The notes under the pieces are model-generated. The model ran no database searches, had not been told where the DNA came from, and saw nothing but the letters and a program-made list of their open reading frames with translations. Below are positions 27,791 to 38,911 of a stretch of DNA of 64,000 nt, one piece after another. This stretch comes from Macrostomum lignano. Lineage: Eukaryota. How positions within the stretch are numbered: position 1 is the stretch's first letter; the number at the start of each line of letters is the position of its first letter. The translations under genes and the position numbers were made by a program. The DNA is taken from contig NIVC01003521.1 in assembly GCA_002269645.1 (NCBI GenBank), positions 29,156 through 93,155 on the forward strand, given 5' to 3'.

Positions 27791-30658
27791 CTGTTCCGCT
27801 TTACAACGAACGTATGCAACGAGCGAAAAACTACAGTGGCACTAAAGGAGCTGTCGTGGTGGATGACTCCAGCCTGGCTAGCCACATCATCCGTGCCGAG
27901 TCAATTTAACAAAAGTTTTTTTTATTTTACAGTGCTCCAATTTTGAAACAGCTCACTGTTTAGAGCAGACAGGTCGAACAGCAACTGACAGAATGACTCA
28001 AGAGCAAACAGTCTATGGCCAACTTGGCTGTCTAGGCCTTCGTTTTTCGTCACTAAATGCTTTAATCAATATTATCCTTATTGTCTAGCAATTTGACGAT
28101 CATTATTCACAGTTTTAATGCAGAACATTTCATTGTTTAGCAATTTGACGATCATTCTTCACATTTTTAATGCAGAACAATCCATTACTACAAACAATGC
28201 ATTGTCTGTAGGATCGTCAAACAGAAAAACAATGCAAAGAATCAGCGGTCGCAGCACGTGACAACGATTTGTCTTATGGCTCGCGCCTACCGGCGCTCGC
28301 CAGACAATCGTTGTCACGCACTGGGACCACTGATCATTTATCCATTGTCTCCTTTGTTAGTTAAGTTAAAAAAGAGTCAAATAATCAAATAATCAGAAAC
28401 AATATCAACACAAACAAAGTTGTAACACGGAAATTCTGGCAAAATAATTCACATCAGGGTAGCAGTAAGGGGATAAAAGTGATTCTTTAGTATCTTCTTG
28501 CTCCTCCCTGTGCAGCGATGGCAGCGTCGCAACGAGAACGCACGAGCCGCAGCACTCTGCTCACAATGGGCTGCGGTATCGCTGCCCGATCCTTTGCAAT
28601 AGCAGGAGTCAGTGCTGCAAGGTTCGTGATATTCCTTGGAACAAGCCTTCTTCCCATCTCATCCCACAGGTTGCTTGATTGAATTTAAGTCCGGGCTTTT
28701 GGCTGACCAATCCATATCAACGTATTGTTGTTGCTGCCCCATGAAGCTGCTGCACATCCGCACAGCGACGCGAGCTTGCGTTATTATCTTGCAGTATGAA
28801 GAAGTCGGGACCCATGCTTGCTAGTCCAAAGGGTAGAGTACAGAATTTCTGCGTACCCATGATTAGTGAGTGTCCCATTGATAAACTTCAGTTGCAGACA
28901 GATGGCTTCATGAAGCAGCTGTCTAACTCATAACGAAGCTACCGTTTCAAGCACGTATTGCTATCGTATATCGCGTATTCTTGTCTCGACTCCACTTGGA
29001 GTTTGTCAGCGCGGGAAGAAAGCTGACCCGTAGACTGCTTGCTTTTGAGTCATTCTGACACTTTTTCATTCGACCTGCCACGGAAGAATTATTCATACAA
29101 GACTGCTGAATCGAATATTTTTTATAAAATCGATGCAAGAATGAAGATGGCATTAGACTACTCTTGTTGTGAAGCACTCTTGTTGCATCAGCTGTTAGAA
29201 TCTGATGCGAATAAATGCTGTTTACCGGTGTTTTAAGATTCAAGTTTTGTGAATTTCGATAGAAACTCACTCCACGTAACGTTAAAATTCATCACTGGTA
29301 ATCTTGGTGAGCTATTGCTACACTGTATAGTTGGTCGATACTACTGGCCATAGTTTCACAACAAAAGTAGTGCGCACGAATTTTAATTCGGCTTCATGAA
29401 AATTGTTTGATTTGGCATTCTGTATGATTTCTGTGCTGTCTGCGCTAGACGGTGAGCTGTTCAGATCCATTCAAGAAAATTTTTTTTTAATGTTGTAAAA
29501 ATGTTTTTAAAATGTTGTAAAAATTCTCTGCTTTCATTGGCCCTAATTTACATTTTCATAGGCCAAGATTTACATCTTATTCAAAATAAAAGAGTTCGAC
29601 GTTCATAGTCTATGGCAATTGTGGTGGCTTGACATCTCCATTATTTCAGAGTCTAGGTCCGTGATTGTGTGTACTTCTGCGTCATGTATATTGTACTATG
29701 TATCTGCCCGCTCTGCGAAGTTGAGGACCTTTACCGAAGTTTAGTGCCAGTCGGCCATTGCCGGCTGATTTTCCGTGCAGGAATGGCATTCTTGCTCAAA
29801 AATTTAATGCACAAAACCGTGCAGGAATGCATTTCTGCGCCTAACGCTTTTTCAGTGAGACTTTACCATAGAAATCCATTCCCGCACGCAAAAGAGTGCA
29901 AGAATGCCATTCCTGCATGGAAAATCAGCCGACAATGGGATTCCTTCACGTTCACTCGTGCAGATGTCATTCCCGCACTCGTGGCCGTGCAGGAACCATT
30001 CAGTTCGCTCGTACTTGTGCAATATTTTGGAATTTGAAAAGATGCGCTTTTGAAAATTTTAAGTTTGGGGTATTACCACAAACAAAACTCTACCGTCGAG
30101 AAAGAGAGTAAACATGGGGTCAGAATACCTGAAATTTCTCTGGAAGGAGGCGAATCTGTCAGACAACAAATGCGTTTTTTGAATCCTAAACAGGCCTCTG
30201 GAGAAAAAAACAAGCCATTTGGGCGCTTCCATTGCATACTTTAGGCTTTTGTCCATATTGCACAATCTAAGCCAGCACTGTTCTACTGTTGTTCTACTTG
30301 AGTACTGCGCCCAGATTGAGACTAAACCGAGTTGCTGCAGACAATTGAGCCAGGTTGGAGCTGTATATACAGCACAGCGAGTTCACCTATTTATCCACAA
30401 TGAGAGGCGAGAGATAGATGCACACAGAATAAAGGTGGACAGCAAGGTAGCCTTGGTAGTCTCAAGTTGGAACGAAAAAGACCAAAAAATGTCAACAGGG
30501 CCAGCATGGGCGGGCAAAGTATTTAAAATGGCGCAGGGCGCAGCCGTTTCGGGTCCAGAAAAATAACAGCCAAGGCGCACAGTGACGACGCTAGACAGAT
30601 TCTGCGCTAAAAGCTGCAACCGTAACGACTCGCATATTCGATTAATTTGCTGAGCACA

Positions 30659-31147
30659 ATGATTTTCGAAATCAGAGCTGCTCTGCTGCCGGCTTATCTG
30701 CTCTGCTTTCTGCTTCTGCTGCAGGGTGCTGATGCACTTTACAATTTTTATTATTCTTCTTACAGAAGCTCGTTCTACAGGAGCTACAGGAGTTCAAGCT
30801 GCACAACGACGAATTGCATCGCTGGAGTCGTTGTTGGAATCTTGGCGTTCGTCGTTATCATTGTGGCTTTCTTCGTTGTATACTGCTGCTTCTGCAAGTC
30901 GACCAAAAAGCAAAGCGTCAGACCGGCCACTACGGGCGCGGTAATGACCACCCCGCCACCTGCCAGCAGCAGCAACGGCGCCTATCCTACGAATCCGCAG
31001 CAGCAGCAGTATCCCGCTCAGCTGCAGATGAAGCCGCCGAACTACAGCGAGAGCCAGATGTACCCGCCGGTAGCACCCGGGTCGACCCAGCCGGACACCG
31101 CCTACCCGCCGGATCCGCCGCCGGCCTACCAGCCTCAGCAGGCCTGA
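30659..31147 (+). CDS. Tyr/Ser-rich-ectodomain, single-TM, PPxY-tail protein, paralogue B
   Basis: Intronless ORF from the ATG at 30659; inverted near-copy of paralogue A (5' flank, signal peptide and tail nearly identical). Confidence 0.85.
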   Translation: MIFEIRAALLPAYLLCFLLLLQGADALYNFYYSSYRSSFYRSYRSSSCTTTNCIAGVVVGILAFVVIIVAFFVVYCCFCKSTKKQSVRPATTGAVMTTPPPASSSNGAYPTNPQQQQYPAQLQMKPPNYSESQMYPPVAPGSTQPDTAYPPDPPPAYQPQQA

Positions 31148-31499
31148 TGAGTGGCTGACACAGAGAGTTGTGTCTTTTTAGTCCAGAAAATAAGTCTGTG
31201 ACAAAAGGCTGACAAGTATTGTCAAATTTAGTTTTACTGACCAAGTTTACAGTGCTACTGCTTTACGTCCGTCCCAAGAGACGCCCGCAGCCGGTTCTCT
31301 GTTAAAAATAGTGTCTGTACAAAATGTTTTCTTTATTAATGGTTTTGTGGTCACGTCTGATCCATCATCACCCGTGATAGTTTCGTGGTATATTTTGCAT
31401 ATTTTTGACTATGCTTATGCAGTCTCACTCTGTGGTGTTTATTTGTCACGTGCAAATATTCACTGTAAAGACAGTTATGCAATAAATTAAGTTAAGAAG

Positions 31500-32601
31500 G
31501 GGGGGGTTTCACAAACTCGAAATTTCACAACGTCGAAAGCACCCTCTTTCATAAGGTCGAAATTTCACAAGGTCGAAATTTCATAACATCGAAAACTCGA
31601 AAAGCAGCCACTTTCATAAGGTCGAAATTTCACAAGGTCGAAATTTCACAACATCGAAAACTTTAGCAAGAGACTTCATAAGGTAGAAATTTCACAAGGT
31701 CGAAATTTCACAACATCGAAAACTCGAAAAGCAGCCACTTTCATAAGGTCGAAATTTCACAAGGTCGAAATTTCACAACATCGAAAACTCGAAAAGCAGC
31801 CACTTTCATAAGGTAGAAATTTCACAACATCGAAAACTCGAAAAGCAGCCACTTTCATAAGGTAGAAATTTCACAACATCGAAAACTCGAAAAGCAGCCA
31901 CTTTCATAAGGTAGAAATTTCACAACATCGAAAACTTTAGCAAGAGACTTCATAAGGTCGAAATTTCACAAGGTCGAAAACTCAAATAGCAGCCACTTTC
32001 ATAAGATCGAAATTTTACAATGTAAAAACTGAGAATTTAGCAGCTTCAAGTATGAAAATATCAAAATTTTACAATGTAGAAAACTAAAGTCTTTATTGTG
32101 TCAATGTTTATATTATTATATTTTGTTTTAATAGCTTTGGTTCAGAGAAGTTTTTAATCACCTCTTCTTTAAGTAGTTCAACGTCAAGGAGTGCTGAGTG
32201 CTCTGCTAAGTGTCTTATCACTACTGGGACGATGGGTTAGTTTACATAAGCTGTAAGTTTAGCTATATAGTTGGGAAGCATTTTGGAATTAGAGCAGTAA
32301 AAAGCACCTAAAATTTGGTATCAGAAGTAGGATAAATTTAGGGGAAAAGAGAAAAACTTTGAAAAGAGAAAAAAGCCCTATAACTTTGGCAATGACTGGT
32401 TAGGATAAATTGGACTAAGTGACAAACAGAAAAACACCTACAACATATATAGGCCTACTAAACAACAATAGAATATAGAAAAGCCTCGAAGGCTTACAAT
32501 TATTAAGTCTTCTGCTAGAGTTTTCGATGTTGTGAGGTTTCGACCTTGTGCAATAATTTGCTTTTCGACGTTGTGAAATTTCGACCTTGTGAAAGCACCC
32601 T
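31500..32601. mobile_element. Non-autonomous TIR element (~1.1 kb) with 8-bp TSD TTAAGAAG and subterminal TTTCACAAGGTCGAAA arrays
   Basis: TTAAGAAG at 31492-31499 and 32602-32609; left GGGGGGGTTTCACAAACTCGAAATTTCACAACGTCGAAA is inverted at the right end (TTTCGACGTTGTGAAATTTCGACCTTGTGAAAGCACCCT). Confidence 0.8.
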
Positions 32602-33790
32602 TTAAGAAGTGACATTGATTTTCTCGTGTTTAAGTAATTTTAATGAAGACAAAAAATGAAAATTGACACCAGATAAATGGCTTGGTAAATGTTGAACTCA
32701 GGAGTGTTCTAAATATATTTTCTCCACTTGAGCTCTTTGCACGGTTTCTATGCTTACTCCTGAACTGAGACTGGGCACGCAACTTGTAGCTGCAGGGGGC
32801 TCCTGGAGTCCGGATGCAGCGCAGAGGCGTTGCTACCCCATTCCGCTAAAAAACCCCTGGCAACCACGGGCAGCTGGTGCTGCGGTGTCGCGCAGGGAGA
32901 TCCGGTGTTGCCGGTGTCCACAGCGCGATCCAGAAAGTGGATGGTCGCTCGCCCGGTAGATTCTCGGGATTGAAAACGTCGGAGAGGTCCAGGTTTGGGC
33001 CGAGATAGGTCAGCAAAGATGGAGTCTTCACTACGGATATTCCACTGGAGGTAACAATGCCTAGCGAGGCAGCCATATTCGTACATGTAGTCTTCGCAGT
33101 CAACCGTTTTGTTAATCTGTTGGATTGGGGTTTTGGGAATCTCCGTAAATCAAGGCGACAGGTTAATTGACCTGGAAGCTTTTACGCTGGCACTAACAAA
33201 TAATGAAGAAAATACTTCAGACAGTCATTGAGACAAAAATTGAAAGAATACTGCCATTGCAAGCTCATCTTGGCCCCATAGTTTCGCTCATTTGGCTAGC
33301 CAATTTTCGGCAAGACTAGGCCCTACAAAACTTTTACAGGAAATACATACGGTTGTTCTTAAGTTGAGCTGCCTGAAATTAGTTTGAAGCAATCATGCAT
33401 GGCTTAATTGTCTGGTCGACATTACATTGAACTCCATAGCTTTACTTCATTCACAGATATTCCAACGAGAGCAAAACCATTTAGAAGTACATTGAGGGAT
33501 AGGAAAAGTGTTACATTTTGAATTCCGCTTGTCCGCCAGTTCTCCGTACTAGTTGTTTTTCAAAATCTGAACCGAGAAACTTGTAGAATCATGGCTGAAA
33601 AAATTGCAGCTTCACGCATTGAACACGCGTCTTCAGTGTGATGTCGCGTGCAAATCAACTTCCTTTCAGTTATCCAATTGCTTGAACTCAAGCCCTCCCG
33701 AATTTTCAAAGTACGGAATTAGAGAACTCTAAGAATTGGTGTAATTACGAGCTTGTAGAGAAGATGATGACAAAAGCATTTTAGAAAAAA

Positions 33791-34510
<720 letters not shown>

Positions 34511-34939
34511 CATGCATTAAATAAACCAATAAATGCATTTAGCAGCTTTTTGCTTGGGTAGACATGATTTTATTTGAAATATAATTATATTGTTAGACAT
34601 CTGTGAGGAAAATAATATCATTTATTTCATGTCAAATTATCGCACAGGGTATCAATAGGCATTCGTAATCAAGAATAATTTGACGCACGCGTAAATATAT
34701 GTAAATGAAACTAAAAACAAACTACTTTACAACTGTCCCATAAACGATGACAGATGTCTATGCGTCTCATGAAAACTGTTAGTCGTGAGTCAACGTAAAC
34801 CTCTAGAATTCATAAATAGACGTTGGAAGTATTGCGTTCTTTTATACACAGCGGTGCTTAGTTTATGCCCTTAGTCTATGTCAGAAACGTTTCTGACAGT
34901 TTATCATCAGCTCTAATAAAAACACAAATCAGGTACGAA

Positions 34940-35533
34940 TCAGGCCTGTCGTGGCTGATAAGCGGGCGGCGGCTCCGGCGGGTAGGCGGTGTCCGGCTGC
35001 GCCACACCCGGCGGTGGCGGCGGGTACACGCCGAATCCTGGCGGGTAGACCGGCGGGCCCATTTGGCTCTCTTCGTAGGCTGGCGGTTGCTGAGGAAACA
35101 CTTGATGGCGTCGACTTGGATAGGAGATTGAAGAGACGCCGCTGTCGGTTGGCGGCGCCGACGGCTGGGCACTGCTCATCGACGTGCCCGTGGTGGATGG
35201 CCGGACAGTCCGCTTTTTGTTGGCCTTGCACACACTGTAGATCAAGACGGTGATGCCGATCAGAACGCCTAGCAGTACCAGACCACCAATCACCGCTCCG
35301 GCGATGCAGCCGGATCTGCAACCGCTACTGGACGTACTTGCTTCTGTAATAGCATTCGGGTTGGCTGTTGAAGTTCTGTAGCCGTAAAAATAGCTGTAAA
35401 AGTAGTAGTAGGAGTAGTAATAGCGACTGTATCTATAGTAGTAGTAGTATGAGTAGTATACTGCATCAGCAGGCTTCAGGACGAACACAAAACAAAGTAG
35501 GAGCACCAGCAGTAGATCTTTGACTTCCGGCAT
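34940..35533 (-). CDS. Tyr/Ser-rich-ectodomain, single-TM, PPxY-tail protein, paralogue C
   Basis: Intronless 197-aa ORF: signal peptide, VYYSYYYYYRYSRYYYSYYYFYSYFYGY, Ser/Thr stalk, CRSGC, TM, PPAY/PPVY motifs, C-terminus DTAYPPEPPPAYQPRQA. Confidence 0.85.
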   Translation of the reverse strand: MPEVKDLLLVLLLCFVFVLKPADAVYYSYYYYYRYSRYYYSYYYFYSYFYGYRTSTANPNAITEASTSSSGCRSGCIAGAVIGGLVLLGVLIGITVLIYSVCKANKKRTVRPSTTGTSMSSAQPSAPPTDSGVSSISYPSRRHQVFPQQPPAYEESQMGPPVYPPGFGVYPPPPPGVAQPDTAYPPEPPPAYQPRQA

Positions 35534-35619
35534 GTTTTTTCGTTTGATAATGCTAATTTTTTTGTTTCACCAACTTTTTTCTCGGTGCGTTGCGCGACTA
35601 AATCTACTGGAGAAGCGAA

Positions 35620-35625
35620 TTTATA
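35620..35625 (-). promoter_or_regulatory. Candidate TATA box of paralogue C
   Basis: TATAAA on the minus strand ~90 bp upstream of the ATG; paralogue D has one at a similar spacing. Confidence 0.45.
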
Positions 35626-37147
35626 TTTGGCACTGCCCTCCCCCCTAGTTGTTTTGTTTTTACATAGCTAAGTTTTTGGGCAAGGCAATTTTCACTGTGC
35701 GTGCAGCTTCAGGACCGAGGCAACCTCGTTTTGTCAGCCTAATTTTCTCTTCTCTAGCCTTACTGAATCTCTGCATCTCTTCTCTTCTGTTAACCTACCG
35801 ACAGATAAAAACTAAAGAACTTGCTACGTGTTGTTGGTTTGGCGTCATCTGTTGCTATCGTTCGCTGCATCTGAGTATACTCGCTTTATTTATGGAAATT
35901 GAGTGCAAGCCGGGGCTGTACGCTCGAATTCGGAAAGTCGTCTCACTTAATCTGCTTAAACTCTCTTCTCAGTCTGGTCTACGCAATTGCTGGCTGTTTT
36001 AAACAACAACAGACTGAAAATATCTGAAGGCATCATTTTTACCTTTAAAAAACAGAATCTTTCATTGGCGACGCTTGTCAACTACTGTCAGTAGCCAAAA
36101 ATGAAGTTAATACATGTAATAGCCAGTCTTCCAGCAAAGACTGCATGTTTTACTCTCCGTTCTTCTGTACGTAAGACGTGGACACTGACATCCTTGGACT
36201 CGCCGCACTCGGTGCTGCTCAATGCGACCTTCCAAAACAAACGAACAAAAACGACGGGAGTCAGGTCGAGAGGTAAAGAGTAAAAAGTAAGAAGTAAACA
36301 CTCGGAATGCTAAGACACGTTTTCTAAGCCTACATGTATTTTAGTTGCAGAAAGAAGTAGCAAAAGCAGTCTGAGACAATTTTTTGGCTTGAGGTGATGA
36401 GGATTTGGAGGCATTATTGTTAAAAAAACCACTCGCTATTATTGTATTGATTGGGTTCTAAATCGCTCTATGATTGTAGTTTCATCATGGGGGGTCAATT
36501 ATTACTCTGATCCCGCATGTTTGGTGTGGCGTCGCATGCAAATCAACTGTACGCCACGATACTTTGCACCAATTTCAATAGGGAACAATGATTGAAGTCT
36601 GGGAATCAGTGCTGTAGGGCAAAGCGCTCCGTTCAATTATCCGATTGCATGCACTCAAGCCCTCCAAAATGCAAAATTTCAGGAAAAAGTCCGCTCACTA
36701 CAGAAACTGGAAGGTTAATTCTTTTCGCCACTATTTATACTTGGATAAGTGAGTAGGGAATAAAAAATAAACAAAAGCAAAGGAATGCAATAGATGGAAT
36801 ATTAACCATCTAGATAATCAATTTCACGAAGACTTACAAAATACTTTAACTTGTTGGGGATGAAGAGTGTACCTTTTAAAGAGATGAGGTGCATCGAGTC
36901 TCACTTCTACGTATCGTCAGCTGATTAGAATGATGAAAGCATTATCAATCAATATACGCTCGTAAATCAGTTAAAATGTATAATTGTATCACTTTTAGAT
37001 ACTTGTACACAAATTAAAAAAAAATTGAGCAAAATAGAAGTAACTTTTCCAGGAGTTTACATGTACACAGCGTATTTCAATTCTCAGTTGCAACAACCTT
37101 GCATAGCATGCATCAGACACGGCAGACTGCAGAGTCACCCGATGAGC

Positions 37148-37573
37148 TCAGCCCTGTTTTGGTTGGTACGGCGGCGGCGGGTAGGCCGTGTCAGGCGGCT
37201 GCGACACACCAGCAGGTGGTGGCGGGTTCCAGCCAGCCGTCGACGGGTACGCCTGCTGGCTCTGGTTATAGGCTGGCGGATAGTTCTGCTGCGGGTAGAA
37301 TGCCCCGCCGCTGCCACCGGCTGACTGCACCGTGCTGATCGAGGCCATGCCGTTTCCAGCTGGTTGAACGCTTCTCTTCTTTGAGGCCTGGCAGTAGCAG
37401 CAGAGGAACACAATGAGCCCGATTAGCAGGCCGAGGAAGGTCAGGCAGCCAATAACTGCACCGACAATGCAGGAGTATGAGCAGCTATAGAAATAGTAGT
37501 AATAAGCTTCAGAGCCAGGTAATAAAAGCAGGAAACACAGGAACTCAGTCAGCAGCAGCAGTTCGGCCTTCAT
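37148..37573 (-). CDS. Tyr-rich-ectodomain, single-TM, PPxY-tail protein, paralogue D (shortest ectodomain)
   Basis: Intronless 141-aa ORF: signal peptide, YYYYFYSCSYSC, TM, CCYCQ, PPAY and PPPY, DTAYPP motif. Confidence 0.83.
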   Translation of the reverse strand: MKAELLLLTEFLCFLLLLPGSEAYYYYFYSCSYSCIVGAVIGCLTFLGLLIGLIVFLCCYCQASKKRSVQPAGNGMASISTVQSAGGSGGAFYPQQNYPPAYNQSQQAYPSTAGWNPPPPAGVSQPPDTAYPPPPYQPKQG

Positions 37574-37656
37574 GATTATTTTGATCGGTTAAAAATCGAG
37601 CGCTGTTCTTGAAACCTACGGGCAAGTTTTGAGGACCGTAGCTTTTATTTGTGCAG

Positions 37657-37662
37657 TTTATA
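37657..37662 (-). promoter_or_regulatory. Candidate TATA box of paralogue D
   Basis: TATAAA on the minus strand ~85 bp upstream of the ATG. Confidence 0.45.
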
Positions 37663-38088
37663 GCTCTGCGAGCCTCTGTTTACATAAAAAGAAGCCCCTC
37701 TTATACCATTCTGTCAACAGGCTTGCTTTTTCTGGACTATATGCAAACCTCGAAAATGAACGAACTCGTCACACAGCTGCACAACAATTACCTCTCCATC
37801 TTTCGTCTCTCCTTTCATCGCTTTTATTTGTTCAACAACGCTTGAACTCGTACATTTAACTTTGAGACGGAAAATATTCTACCAACCTTATGCGGCGATG
37901 CGTTTACGACTTCATTCCTGTCTGCCTACAGTATGCGGTCGAAGTATGCGTACATTTATCCGAAAACAAAAGAAGGGGTAAACTATACTGTTAAACGCGT
38001 ACATACAATTTACCATTTAAACACGTCATGCTGTGTTTGTCATGTGATTTGATTAGTGCAAGATTTGTCGAAATTTTCCGTACCATGC

Positions 38089-38911
38089 TGTGACGTTGTC
38101 AGTTTAAGGTGGTCCCGAAAAGGGCCGTTGGACTGCTGTTCTCCATAGTCATTCAACCCTTCAGTTTCACCGTTTCAACTAAACTTTTCCATTCGTTTAT
38201 TGCGACGTTTACTTGTAGTAGTGCCCAACGATTTTGTGGCAATTTATAATTCATTGTATATTTTGCTATCCTCTCTCGCAACCGTATAAAATTGGCACGA
38301 TCGATAATTTTAAGTTCTCTCGCCAGCCAATGAAATCACTCGTGCTCGCGCTACCCCCCTCTGCGCTCTTTTATTAAACCCCCCGCCTGGCGGCGGGCAC
38401 TCCACTCTCCTCTCTCTCCTCCTTGTTCCTTGTTTCCTTCCTTGCGGCCTCTTAGCTGTCTTATCTGTTTGTCTGGCTGCCTCGAGCCTCCTTATTTCTC
38501 ACCACGGCCCTTCTGTCTGGGCCAGCCTGCTCACACACTTACTTGACTGTTTCACGCCACGACCGACGCCAACTCGCCACTACGTTTCACTGCCTTCACT
38601 GTGCTCATAGCCACTGCTCACGTCACGTCGCCATTGTGTCATTCGCCTGCCACTTGACTTCATATCCAAATTATATTCAACCCATTGTTGCAGCCGCCAG
38701 TGCCCAGAAAGCTATAGTCTGTTTATTGCCAGTAACAACCAAACTTAATACTGATATTAACAATAAAGACAACTACGGCAGTTCCTGCCTTTATCGCCAA
38801 GTGCTCCGCTACAAAATCCGCTTTACAAGAATTGACTTCAACTTATTTTGGGACTAAAACGGCCCTTTTAAGGGTCACCGCATAGCTGGCCGCTACGCCA
38901 ATAACGTGACA
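38089..38911. mobile_element. Solo LTR (823 bp) with 4-bp TSD ATGC
   Basis: Begins TGTGACGTT and ends AACGTGACA (TG...CA, near-inverted termini); ATGC at 38085-38088 and 38912-38915; no coding content. Confidence 0.7.
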
